DNA from: Sphyrna mokarran
Lineage: Eukaryota
Direction of reading: 5' to 3'
NCBI GenBank assembly: GCA_024679065.1
Contig: JAGIQG010000013.1
Location: 43,214,001 to 43,278,000, forward strand
DNA: 64,000 nucleotides
Of this stretch, positions 35,885-50,655 are shown in pieces; within the stretch, counting starts at the first letter, position 1; each line of letters starts with the position of its first letter. Position numbers and translations under genes: made by a program. A model generated the notes under the pieces. It was not told the DNA's origin, searched no databases, and worked only from the letters and a program-made list of their open reading frames with translations.

Positions 35885-38189
35885 CAGCTCAATTCTGTTT
35901 AATTTCTGGGGGTCCAGCATCATAAAGCTTGAGATGAACATTACAATACTATATTTAAATATATCCATCTCAGAATGATTTGAGTTTCCCAAATGTCAAA
36001 AAATACAAATAAGTAAATACACAATTCTGGAACTCTACAGGATTTACACAATTTGCAACATTAAAATGCATTCTTGCTGAGGAAAACTAAAATGCAATAA
36101 ACTCCAAATTAACTAAGGAAATAAAAGACTTGATCTTTGGATGGAAAGACCTTATTTGTGCTGTAATTATGACTAAGGTTGCCTCTCTGATTGCTAGGAG
36201 AAGGAACTGGAAATCACACCAGTCTACCTATTCTAGCCTGTAGATTGGTTGATCTATTAATTGGATATGTAGGTCAACTGGTGCAAATTAGATCCGGTCT
36301 TTTTGGTTTTCCTGTGCCTTTGCCAGAGGTTAAGTCCAGTTTGGTTAATGTTTTCTGACAGATGCTTTTGAGGCCACTCTCTTGCTAATTAGATCTAGCA
36401 GCAACTGGATTTTGCTACGCTAATTAGTTACAGGAAGTTCCAATGTTGTACAGCTAATCAGATACCAGTAGGAGAAACAGCTGTCATCAGAAGAAACTCT
36501 AAAATATCCAAATGCCACGCTTCTGAAATTCAGGCATTGTTGCATTAACTCTGATGAAAATTTGTAATTAACGGATAGGGAGTGATCTTAATCTCAACAG
36601 TAGCGTTTCCATCAATGATTTATGTGAAGGGTCTGAATCACTTCCAGACAACCCCAGCAAATGGAGGCTAGTGTATGGATTCTGAATACTTGGAACATCA
36701 ATTATATTTTGATTGAAGAACCACCAACTGAAAGGTAGAATAACCATCTCTAAGTAAGATAGTTTGTATTCTGTCTCACTCCAGACCATCCAACCAACCA
36801 GAGTGTTGGTTCTGAATAGCACTGATTAACAGTACGAATATCTAGAGGAAACAGAAAATACTGGAGGAACTCAGCAGGTCTGACATCATCTGTGGTTCTA
36901 TTCTCTCTCCATGGATGCGGTCAGACTGTTAATTTTCTCCAGCCTTTTCTGTTTTTGTTTTCAGATTCCAGCATCCGCAGTATTTGCCTTTATAATATCT
37001 AAAAGGTCTAGGTTCATCCCCAGTGCAAAGGGAAGTTGGAATGTTTAGTATTGGTAGCGACAGAAAACACCTCAGCTACTATTCTGTAGTATGAGAGCCT
37101 TTTGTGAGACCCTACCAATGTACAAAATATGATGGATGAACAAACAGAATAAGCTCATTTCAGTGCTCTAATGAATTAGGTAATACACAATATTAAACTT
37201 GACACAGGCGGAATAAAGTAGTCAGTATATTTGCACATTCAGATGGGAAATGCAAGAAATTATGGTAATCTTCGCTAATGACTATATTGCCAAAACATCA
37301 ATAATCTACTTTTATTCATTATACATTCAAATTGCACATACATGTCTAAAAAGTGCAAGGCCATCTGAGGATTGGAAAGCAGACATTGCCAAATTTAACC
37401 TCTTGACTTTGCAACCATGAAATAACTAATGCTCTGATAAATCTGTGTTTCATAAGCTTATGATGAAGCAGCCACTTTCTCAAAGAAATATCCCCTTAAT
37501 ATCAGAAACATTATTCCTTGTTAGTTTTATTTTTTATTCTAAGCTATCATTTTGACCAAACTTTAATAAAGCTAACATATACCAAACTGAAGAATATTTA
37601 GTCTCTATAGGATACCCATTTCATGCTTTGCAGATTTGAGTTTTTGATCCTACCTCTATGAAAGACAACGTTAGGAATTGGTGGAAGGAATCATGGGGAT
37701 TACAGCACAGGAAATAATTATTCACTTGATATGCCTTTGCTAATTCCACATTACACCTATATTTAGAACACCATTTATGTATATGTTCCATCCAATTTTC
37801 CCTTTACAGAGCCCCATCAAGCCCACTGCCCTATCTGAATCTCATCACACAAACAATTCTTCAAGAGATTCAAGGTTTAAATTATTTAATTTGTTCATTA
37901 TTTTTAACACTTTTTCTTACATCAGGCTTGATTCGGTAGTAACATTTCTGCCTCCAAGTTAGATCATCATGAGTTCAGGCCTCATCCTGGAGACTTGTGC
38001 ATGTACTTTAGGTTGAGACTTTAATGCAGTTGTGATGGACCTCTGCATTGCTGAAGTTGACACATTTCAGATGAATTATTAAATTGAAATTAGGGTCACA
38101 TCGATGGCATGTACTTAATTTGTATTTAGTAAGATGATTTTACAATATTTAGGTTTTACTTCAATCTAATTTAATAGAAAGGAAATTAC

Positions 38190-38305
38190 CTGACTTTCTT
38201 CCATAATTCGCCAAATTCTTGTTCATATCTTTCATCAAAATATTCCAAAACAGATTTGCAAATTTGTTTCTGTGGTTTCTGTCTGATATGAGATTTCTTG
38301 TTTGT
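38190..38305 (-). CDS. NSUN3: NSUN3 coding exon 2 (TNKKSHIRQKPQKQICKSVLEYFDERYEQEFGELWKKV)
   Basis: Acceptor gcttttag|ACA and donor AG|gtaatt; 116 nt, phase 0 to 2; resembles the NSUN3 N-terminal region (C.VL.F...Y..E.G..W..VR). Confidence 0.9.
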
Positions 38306-39041
38306 CTAAAAGCAAAATTGACAACAGTAATTACTTATGCCAACTCTGGCTGTTCGTTCTGAATCTGTCTTTTACTTGGAATCATCTTCTTTTCTCCTGT
38401 TATTGCTACGTGGAACATAATCAATAATACAATTCCTGAATCCAGTGGAAACTATCTAGAGATCACTTCTCAAATGGTGGTAAGTATGCAGCAAGAATTC
38501 TTAAGTGCCCCCTTTGTGCTGTGTACATGTCATTTACATCAAAATAACAGTGAAAGCAAATAAAGTTCTCTCCCTCGCAAGGTTTTGGGAGGTTGGGGGA
38601 TGTACTGAGAAAAAAGAAATATGAAAAATGGCCAGTTGGAAAAAATACTAAAGGGTTGCTTGTCATACCCTGATGTGTAACACATCTTCAGTAGAAAAGG
38701 GAAGAAAATTGTTTATGATCGACAAAAACAAAGGTCATGTTTTTCACGACTTCTATTTCTTTCAAAGTACATTCCAGTATCTTTGCAATACTTGAATACC
38801 TTGCAATAATTCCTTTACTATTAGGGAAAAATTATCCACTGACTGTGAAAGTATTTGGAAATGTTTACAATTAAGAACTATCCTATATAAAATATAATTC
38901 TCTCAAAACTAAATCTACTGTGAAACATGATTTTAAATGCTGTACTCATTGGCAGGTGGGGGATGGAGGTAGGAATATTTTCACAAATTAATAGCTGGAC
39001 AAGACCAGTTTACTAACATCTAATTTCATAAAATATTAATG

Positions 39042-39291
39042 GGCAGCACAGTAATTAGCTAGGTTCGATTCCCAACATAGGTCACTGTCTGTGTGGAGTT
39101 TGCACGTTTTCCCAGTGTATGCCTGGATTTCCTCTGTGTCCAGTTTCCTCCCATATTCTGAAAGATGTGCTGGTTGGATGCATTGGCTCGAACAGGTGCC
39201 AAACTATGGTGAATAGGGGAATTTCAAGATAATTTCATTTGCAGTATTAATGTAAGCCTTACTTGTGACTAATAAATAAACTTTAACTTTA
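39042..39291 (+). mobile_element. tRNA SINE with the same core and a different 3' tail (gtaagccttacttgtgactaataaataaactttaacttt)
   Basis: Related minus-strand copies at about 26905-27182 and 49765-50032, and a tail fragment at 15770-15860. Confidence 0.8.
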
Positions 39292-40594
39292 CTACCACAA
39301 TGTCCATAAGGGAAGCTATTGTTTTTGTCCAACTGCAATATTTATATATTATCCACAATTTGTGCATATATTGCACCTAAAATTCTTGTTAGTTTCTTGG
39401 CTGTTTGCTCACCTCAGGAATGTAAACATTCTCAATTAAAAGTGTTTAAATATGAAATGTTTCACTTTGCTTCTAATGATCATAAATTATTGTTTTGCAA
39501 AATCCAAGTAGAAATTGATATCTTGGTGCAATTAACTTAGGTCAACAACCTTTACCACTCTGCTGTTCCCACAGAAACAGATTAACATAGATCAGGTTAA
39601 TGTCTTACACTTCCACGCAATATTTAAAGCGACTGAGATTTTGGAACTGATTTCCAAGATCATATTCATAACTAGGCAAATCTCCAATTCTTCTTCTACC
39701 TATATTTTCTGAAGTTACTGAAGATGCAATTACAAAACTCAAATTATTCACAAACTTAAAATTATACTAATTTTCAGTATGTCCACTCCATTTCTAATTT
39801 CCTGTCTACACTGCACATCCCAGCCGCTGTTTTTCAGATCTTTATAAACCTTTTACTGATCTTGTACTTCCAAATTCATTAATGGAACTTTCACGTACAT
39901 CTTGAAACCATTATATAGTTTTACTTTGGTTACATTCCTGGCTATCCAGCCTTTTGCAAATCTGTCTGTGCTATAGTTCATGTCAGAGATCCCTCATTTT
40001 TGTTCTCCCTTAAACTCTGCTTCTTTATATTAATGATCACCTATGCTCAATGATATAATGCAATCTATTTATTTTCTGATATTCCACTCCACATTTCAGT
40101 GTATACAATTTATTATACAATAGTTTAATCATTCTAGTCGCTAATATACTTTTTTGCTTCATTTAACATTCTGATATATTTTCATTTCCTTTTTAATTCT
40201 CTGAATTTTCTGTAGTTCTCTTGTCTTTCTGCAGTTTTAAACTCTGAGCATCTGAAATAAGTTTTCTTTGTTGCCTTATTGTTCTCTTTGTGCTGGCACT
40301 GTTGTTTGTACTTAAACATCAGCAACTTCAGACAAAAAGGGCCGATGTATGATAAAACTCAAAAAAGTGCTGTCCGAACTGCCATATGTCATCAGCAGCT
40401 ACACAAAATCATCTTGGTTAGCAGATGCATTGAACCACCTGAAGTTCCTGCACTTGCACTAAACTTGTCTCTCAGTGATTTAGGTGTCAAATCCATTCTA
40501 GTCTAAGTGCTGCTCACATGACATAATAACTGAATTATTATCACTCAACCTTTCCAGTACTGAAAATTAACTGTCACTAATGTCCTTTAGGAAA

Positions 40595-40900
40595 CAGCAC
40601 AGTGGTTAGCATTGCTGAATCAGTACCAGATCCCCAGGTTCAAATCCCAGCTTGGGCCATTGTCTGTGTGGACTTTGCACGTTCTCCCCATGTCTGCATG
40701 CGTTTCCTCTGGATGCTCCAGTTTCCTCTCACAGTCCAAAAATGTGCAGATTAGGTGGATTGGCCATGCTGAATTGCTCCTTAGTGTCAGGACTAGCTAG
40801 GGTAAACGCATGGGGTTATGGTGATAGGGCCTGGATGGGACTGTGGTAGGTGCAAAATCCATGGGCTGAATGGTTTCCTACTGTATGAAAGGATTCTGTG
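40595..40900 (+). mobile_element. HE1-type tRNA SINE
   Basis: Same head, core and tail as 33147-33475. Confidence 0.85.
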
Positions 40901-41384
40901 AAATCTGCCATCCTTACCTGGTCTAACCTACACGTGATTCCAGAGCCACAGCAATGAGATTAACTCAAATGTCTGTGGGAAACTAGAAATGGGCAACAAA
41001 TGCTGGCCAGCCAATGACACCAATGTCCCATAAATTATTTTTTTTTAAAGTTTGTACATTCTCATTCGCTCAGGTTTCAATTTTAAATTGAAATTTGAGA
41101 ATCTTTTAAGATTTTTAACCTTTCATTTCACTTTCCCCATGTTTCTGTTCAATCCATTTTCCTCTTCTACACTTTTAACGTATTTCTCTGTAATTGATAT
41201 GACATTGCATTCATCCTCTCTAAACTGAGAAGTTTAATTTAATAATCCTTCGATCTGTTTATTCTTCTCCCCGATTAGTAACGTTTAAAAAAACACAATT
41301 AAAATCCTGAAGCTGTTTCAGGCTGATCTCTGCTCCATAACAACCCGACAGGAGGAACGTGTGGCTACAGCAAATTATCAGGCT

Positions 41385-41700
41385 GCTCTGCCCATCGAGC
41401 AGCTGGCAGCCCCTTTCCCCGGGAGTCCCCGGCTCCGGCCCCGGCTCTCACCTGCTGCCGAGGCCTGGATTCGGGCCCGGGGCCGGCGCTGCTGCCGCTC
41501 CGCGCGGCGGCCGTCACAGATTTACAGCGGGCGAGGGAGGCAGCGAGACGGGCGCTGCAGGCGGCCTGGACCAGGAGAGGGGCGGCGGCAGCTCCCGGAG
41601 CCATCGCGACCGCCGGGCCGCCTCTGCACAAGAGTTTCACCGAGGCCGCGCTACAGGAACCGGGGATCCACTGGGACCCGCCCCCCCCGCCCCCCGACAC
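41385..41700 (-). promoter_or_regulatory. CpG island and NSUN3 promoter with GC boxes
   Basis: The only CpG-dense segment in a CpG-depleted window; overlaps the ATG; tandem GGGGCGGG boxes on the minus strand at about 41677-41695. Confidence 0.85.
41452..41604 (-). CDS. NSUN3: NSUN3 coding exon 1 (MAPGAAAAPLLVQAACSARLAASLARCKSVTAAARSGSSAGPGPESRPRQQ)
   Basis: ATG in good Kozak context (gtcgcgATGG) inside a CpG island; ends CAG|gtgaga in phase 0, matching the phase-0 start of exon 2. Ala/Arg/Ser-rich, presequence-like. No homology check was possible for this exon. Confidence 0.75.
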
Positions 41701-42790
41701 ATCCCCAGACAGAACCCCAAACAGATCCCTCACCCCCACCCTCACACCCCCTCCCTGACACATCCCCAGACAGAACCAAACAGATCCCTCACCCCACCCT
41801 CACACCCCCTCCTGACACATCCCCAGACAGATCAGCACACAGACACCACCCCCCCCCTCCCCGCCACAAACCCCCCCGCAACACATCCCCTGACAGATCC
41901 CCCACCCTACCCCCCACAACCTCCCCCGACACATCCCCAAACAGATCGCCTGACGGATCCCCCACCCCCACCACACTCCCGGGACACACATCCCCAGACA
42001 GATCCCCAAACAGATCCCCCCCCCCACACACCCTCCCAGACACTTCCCAAACAGATCAGCACACAGACACCCCCCCACAACGCCCCCCTCACCCATCACC
42101 CCCAACACATCCCCAGACAGAACCCCAAACAGATCCCTCATCCCCACCCTCACACCCCTCCCCTGACACATCCCCAGACAGATCAGCACACAGACACCAC
42201 CCTCCCCCCCCCCAACACATCCCCTGACAGATCCCCCACCTCACCCCCCACAACCCTCCCCCGACACATCCCCCAAACAGATCGCCGACGGATCCCACCC
42301 CCACCACACCTCCCGGACACATCCCAGACAGATCCCCAAACAGATCCCCCAACCCCAACACCCTCCCAGACACATTCCCAAACAGATCAGCACACAGACA
42401 CCCCCCACAACGCCCCCCCCCACCACATCCCCCAACACATCCCCTGACAGCCACCCCCACACCCGCCCCCGGACACATACCCAAACAGATCCTGACAGAC
42501 CCCCACCCACCACTACTCCTACACCCTCCCCCCAGACACATACCCAAATAGATCCCCTGACAGACACCCCACCCTCACCCCCAACAGATACATCCCCAGA
42601 CAGACCCCCCCACCCCCACTGGACACATCCCCAGACATCCCCTGACAGACACCCCCCTACCTCCACCGGACAGATCCCCAGACAGACCCACCCCTGGACA
42701 GATCCCCAGACGGCCTTCCTCTCTTCCCCCACCAATTCTAAGATCAATCTCAGACAGATCCCAGGACAGATTCCCAGACAGACCCTCAGG
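41696..42790. repeat. C-rich minisatellite (ACACATCCCC / CAGACAGATCCCC units) with a higher-order duplication
   Basis: Repeated units are directly visible; the block starting near 41697 recurs near 42105. Confidence 0.92.
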
Positions 42791-42934
42791 GCTTTCACTG
42801 GGACCCACTCCTTGGCAGGTCCCAGCGCTTCCACTTTATTACTGTTTGCACAATGCTAGATCCAAATTAATATATTTTCCCTTGTCAGTTCTGCAATATA
42901 TTGCTCCAGAAACCCACACATTAATCCTAGCTAG

Positions 42935-43750
42935 TCCCCCGACACTAAAAGCCAATTTAGCATGGCCAATTTACCTCATACACACAGCTTTGGATTGTGG
43001 CAGGAATGATGTGGAGAAGCCAGCATTAGACTGGAATAAGCACAATAAGAAGTCTCACAACACCTAGTAAAAGTCTAACAAGTTTATTTGGTAGCACAAG
43101 CTTTTGGAGTGTCGCACCTTCTTCAGGTGAGTGAGGAGTTGTGTTCACAAACAGAGCATATACAGGTACAATCTCAATTTACGAGATAATGGTTGGAATG
43201 CAAGTCTTTACAGGTACAGACAATGTGAGTAGAGAGAGGGTTAAGCACAGCTTCAAGAGCTATGTATTGTCTCCAGCCAAGACAGTTAGTGAGGTTTTGC
43301 AAGCCCAGGCAAATTGTGGGGAGTTGCAGACAGTGTGACATGAACCCAAGATCCCAGTTGCGGCTGTCGTCATATGCGGAACTTGGCTATCAGTTTCTCT
43401 GAGAGTTCAGCCTCTCTCCACTCACATTGTCTGTACCTTTGAGACTTGATTACCTGTAAAGGCTCACATTCCATTATCATGTAAATAGAGTTTGTGTCGT
43501 AATTTGTGAACACAATTCCTCACTCACCTGAAAAAGTAGCACTCCAAAAGCTTGTGCTACCAAATAAACCTGTTGGACTTTAACCTGCTGTTGTGAGACT
43601 TTTTACCGTGGGAAGAATCCAGAACACCCAGAGAGAACCCACACAGACACCAGGAGAACGTGCAAACTCCACATAGATAGTGATCCAAGCCGGGAATCAA
43701 ACACAGGTCCCTGGTGCTGTGAGGCAGCAGTGCTAATCACTGTGCCACCA
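42935..43750 (-). mobile_element. HE1-type tRNA SINE split by the Penelope-like insertion
   Basis: Body gccaatttagcatggcca...ggattgtgg resumes after the insertion as ggaagaatccagaacaccc...gaggcagcagtgctaatcactgtgccacc. Confidence 0.8.
43008..43610. mobile_element. Penelope-like element remnant with long inverted arms, nested in a SINE
   Basis: About 43050-43151 (aagtctcacaacacc...tttatttggtagcacaagcttttggag...gtgttcacaaa) is inverted at about 43503-43602. Confidence 0.75.
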
Positions 43751-45179
43751 TGCCATCTCTGATACAATCCGTCATAAAAAAAAACACAAGCTCATCTTCT
43801 AAACCCATGTTTAGATTTTGATTGTTCCATTGTATCTGAAGGTTAAAATCCTTCACAACTATTACATCGCCTTTGTTATGAGCTCCAGTAACTTGTTAAA
43901 TGCTCTGTTCAAGGGGAAACTATATGCTGCTACTCCCACCAGTGGTGTTTACAGTTTATTTATTAATACGTTTACATTAACACTGCAATGAAGTTACAGT
44001 GAAAATTCCCTTGCCATTTCTGGCTATTCTCAATCTCCACACATACTGATTCAACTTCATGATCTTCCAAGCCCAGATTCTTTCTCACTAGTGTCCTTAT
44101 CTCATCCTTTACTGTCTGAGCTCTCCCTTCTCCTTACCACTCTCTGTTCTTCCAAAATATTGTGCATCTTGGAAAATTTATTTCTCAACCTTGTAACCAT
44201 ATCTCTGTAATGGTGGTTAAATTTAAACTACTTGTATCTATTTGTGGCACTTATTCATCTATCTTTATGTGGATATTTCACAGATTCAGATAAAAATTCT
44301 CATTTTTTTTCCACCACAATACTCTATATGGACCTTACTTGGTGACACTCATACTTTCTAAACTTTTCTGTCCCATTCTGCTTTTCTTTCCTATGTGGCT
44401 GTACAATTCGGTTGCCTTGAGCTCTCTCTTTGGATTTCAAAATCCCTTTTTACTAGACTCAAATACCACTCCTTCATCCTCATTTGTTTAAAGCCTTATC
44501 CACAACCCTAGCGATACGATTGGCCAAGACACTAGTCCTAGTCTGATTTAACTGAAATCCCATCTCAGCAGAATATCTTTTTTCCTGAGTACGGAGCTCA
44601 GTGCCTCACAAATTGAACCCCTCTCTACCACAATAATCTTTTTAATTCGGTAATTCAGATTTTCCCAAACTTTTCCAGCCAGAACCACTTATGATCTTCC
44701 AAGACCATCGAGGAACCCAAAATTTTCTTATGTCAAAGACATAAGAATAAGTTGTGGAATAGGAACCTATTGTATATAACTTTTTCCTAGCTATATTTAT
44801 GTATACATATATACTATAAAAGAAAATGAAATATTTTGTTTGACAAAGTATTGAAGTTTGATCTTTGTCATCTTTGATGGGAGGAGGGATGCTGGGTCCT
44901 TTGTTCACAGATAGATTTGATGCCAGAGTTGATTTGGAGAACTGGTTCTCGTTTCAGGTATAGCATTCAGTCTGCTTCTACTTTATGCATTTGTCACAGA
45001 GTACTGAGGAAAACCACATTCACACAAGTATATTGAGGCAAAAGGAAGGAGCTCACAAACTGCTCTGTTTGCCCCATTAAACTGCTGTAAAAATTCAGTA
45101 GTGGAAGTTCACTGAAATGTTACTTCAGTGTACTCAGAAGTCATGTCAATCAGGTCTTATAATGGTGTACTGATAAGCT

Positions 45180-46760
<1,581 letters not shown>

Positions 46761-49700
46761 ATAAGCTACTATCAACATAGTTGTTTGGCCCAGCTCTCTC
46801 TGGTAGCTCTGGGAATCACTCAGAACCTGTGACATCTGGAATTAGGAGGAAGAACAGTTACAAATGAACTACATTCACCAGTTACCAGTATGTGCATGTC
46901 CCCACCCCCGCCACTCCCTGCTCCCAACCTCCTCACATCAATCTTTGCCTTGAGCCCCCAATTTTGATAGCATGATAAATTCACAATGTAACTGCAAAAC
47001 TCAGTTTGCACTTACTCTAATCAACTTGACGCAAAGTCAGTTGGCATGTGGGTTAGATAACAATCCAGAAATAGCATCCTCTTGACATCCTGGTGGATCT
47101 CACACCCTATTACAGCCCCAACTTGACCTTAGTGCTATTAGACACTAGAAATTTTCTTAGCAGTGCTAAAGAGGACTTCTACAATATCATATCTCCGGTG
47201 GCCCCAAATTTCTGCCACTAGACCCAAATCCTGTCCCAGTGTTTTCAAACCCAAGGACTCCTTTTGCACATGTCAAACTCAAGGAACCCGTGTTCCAAAA
47301 TTCAAGAACCATTCCTTCAACACAAAAATCTCGATTGCTCTCAGGACAACATATCACAAAACTTCAGAATATTCGATTCACCACTTAGTACTAAGCCTGC
47401 AATCCATCCCTTCATTTTATTAAACTGCAGTATCATGGTGTGTGTTATAATGCTAGAAAATCTCAGCACCTGCACCAGTCTGGATATCTGCACTAGTTTT
47501 GCTAGACTCTGGTAATACTGCTCCCTCCAATACCCAGGTTCCCCATTGCTACTAAATTTCTTTTTTGGTGGGTGTATGTATACATAGAAAGGGAATTACA
47601 AGCTTCCACTGGTGAAGTAACAATACCAAAGAAATGGCACATCCATTTGATCGAACCTTTAATATTGAATCAAGGACAAAATAAGTTATTTTAAAAAAAA
47701 AAGTGATATCTGTTTCATGCATTAGGAAGGTGGACTAAGACTTTAGTCCAGGGAATAAATTTTCCAGGACTTACAATATTCTAGAAACAAAATTTAGAAT
47801 CATACAGTGCAGAAAAAGGCCCTTTGGGTCTGAGCCAACACATCAGAAATATCTGAACTCTCATCTAACTCCATCTACCAGCACTTGGCCCATAACCTTG
47901 AATATTATGACATGCCAATTAAAATATTTTTATAGATACATTTTGATATTGTTTATCAATGGTTGAATAGAGCATGTTTGCAAAAATACAATTTTTTAAG
48001 CTCAGTTTGCTTACTTCTAGACCTTTTATAGGCTATTACTTCAAGTTTCTGTTGAATCAGTTCTGCTGAATACTGTTATTTTATTTTCAAAATGAAGTAT
48101 GCACTTTTTCCTGCACATTTCATAAATCAAAACTAGCCATGAGTAGCATGCTGTTCATATTTCCATACCTCTATCACGTCAGCACTTTGCTAGTCAGACT
48201 GATATTGCTGCCTGCTTGTGAGAATATTGTCATCCTTATCGCTAAAGTGTAGTTTGAGTTATATGGGTAAGCCAGAGAGATCAGAACAAATGCACAGATA
48301 CAAAAGAAGACGCTCTCACCTTATCCACAAGGAACTAATTTGGTATGGATTTATTTGATTTATAAAAAATGCCCCAGAAATGATCTGAGTGTTTAATCTT
48401 AGGTTATTGGGGTAAAAATGAATCATTACCTGTTGGAGTCTGCAAACTAACGATGCTAGAAAAAAATTATGCAACACTTTTTTTTTTAAAAGGTATTTTT
48501 ATTTTAAAAGATCATAAAATCTTCAGATATTAAATAAAGCCCCAAAGTACAATACAATAGATTTTAATCAGCTTTTGACTAATACATTTTACGGTAACAT
48601 TTCAATTCTACCACATAGTACTGACTTTGAACAAACTGAAAAATGTGTTTCACAAATCAGTACTTTTTAAAAAAAAAAATGATTACTGGATTATAAATAG
48701 ATCTGTTACTAAAAATGGTTCAAAATAATACATATTACTTTCAAAAAGAAGTGCGATTAAGCTAGGGCTTAAAAGGTAAGACAGTGTAAATCAAAACATT
48801 GAATCTGTAAAACTTGTTACAGATGTTTGAAACTTAAGAAAATAACTTTTTTTATTGAAAGGAAATTTTATTGCAAACCAATGAGGTGGATTTTAAAAAT
48901 TGCAGAGCACATAGTTTAACACTTTGTCTTAGAATAAAATAAAAAGCAACAACTGTGTAAAATTTATGCACCTAGTGTTTAGATAAAGAAATTAAACAAA
49001 ATACACATATCAAAAACATAAATGTTTTGATACAAATATTAATGTTCTTAACAAAAATGAATTCACCATTATTTATGGTATTTTATTTCCTAAGATGGCT
49101 GGTTCAACCACTCATCTGTGCTGTTAGCCAATTTTATAGTATGACATAAGGTAATCAATCTGAAAGATTAACTGTTTCTTCCTCTACAGATGCTGTCTGA
49201 ATTTATGAATATTTCCAGTATATCCTCTTTTCCTTTTAAATGGGCTGTGTGTGTTAACAACAACTGATCTATATTCCATAACTGGCAGGATTGTTTGGGT
49301 AGTGGGAAAGAAAGGGGAAACAAGAGCCCAGGAAATCAGATTTTCCAACGTTGGATAATTATCCAATGGTTCTTACTGGTGGAAATGCACATCTGGACAT
49401 CAGCAACAGAACAGGCTGAACTCAACTGCAATGGCCCACTGGTTAAATACACCAGTCATTCGATCCATTCAGGCTGACAGACATATAGTTCCTACTATAG
49501 TGAGTTATTAGATAACGGCTGACATTCATTCTTCAACATTAAGCACTATCAAGCAAGAAGGAAGATGGATAATTACAGGAAGGATTAGTCACAACCCTAA
49601 CTTTAAGTTTTGCATTTTGTTCGTTTTGATTGATGAAGCAATAGTTTGATGTTAAGTTACATATACAAGGTAATACAGTAAGCTACTGTAATGAAATCTA

Positions 49701-50059
49701 TTAATAGGTTTTGTTCAATTCAGACCAATGTAGTATAGTGTAATAATGCCACAAAGCAGCAGGAGATTTATTTTATTTATTAGTCACAAGTAAGGCTTAC
49801 AATAAACTGCAATCAAGTTACTGTGAAATTCCCCTAGTCACCACAGTCCGGCACCTACTTGGGTCAATGCACCTAACCAGCATGTCTTTCATAATGTGGG
49901 AGGAAACCGGAGCATCCAGAGGAAACTCACAGACATGGGGAGGACATGCAAACTCCACACATAGTGAACTGAATTGGGAATCAAAATCAGGTCTGAGGGG
50001 CAACAGTGCTAACCACTGTACTACTGTGCCGCCCCCAGAGCCTATGGAAATAGAGCCTA

Positions 50060-50655
50060 ATGTGGGGAAAAGCAGTTAGTCTATAATTGGAATAGAAAAA
50101 GGTAATATTTTTAAATGATAAAAAAAATCTATTAAAAGTTAGTGTTCAGAAGCATGTGTGTGTCCTTGTGCATGAAGTCAGATGATATACAAGTATACTA
50201 AACAATTAGGAAAGCAAATGGTACGTTTGCTTTTATTGCGAGGGAGTGGTAGTACACAAAGGAAGTTTTACCGAAATCGTACAAGATTTTGTTTCAATGA
50301 AATCATCTCATTTTTCCAAATGCAGAAGATTCAGACAAGACAATGATATGGTATATGTTGAAATGCTGTTTCCATTGGTTAAGAATCTAGAATTAGGTTC
50401 CAAATCAATGGATAACATTTGAGATGGGCAGTAATCTCTTCAGTCAGGGGTTTTGAATACTAAAAACGCTGTACATTTATTGCTGAAAAAATTCAAAGCT
50501 GAGATTAATACATGTTGGCATCTTAAGGGAATCAAGGGATAAGGGGATCATATAGTAAAGTGGAGTTTAGTTGAAGATCAGCCATGATCTTACTGAACGA
50601 AAGAGCAGGCTAGAAGACCATGTGGCCTTCTCCCAGTCCTATTTCTTATGGTCTA
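50060..50655 (+). mobile_element. Decayed, internally deleted CR1 fragment
   Basis: aggaaagcaaatggtacgtttgcttttattg and 3' UTR gatcagccatgatcttactgaa...cctatttcttatg. Confidence 0.75.

Noticed and set aside
41359-42834. Long Pro/His/Thr-rich and Gly/Val/Cys-rich ORFs (up to 362 aa)
   Set aside because: Products of the CpG island plus a stop-poor minisatellite; only the 41452-41604 minus-strand segment has splice and phase support.
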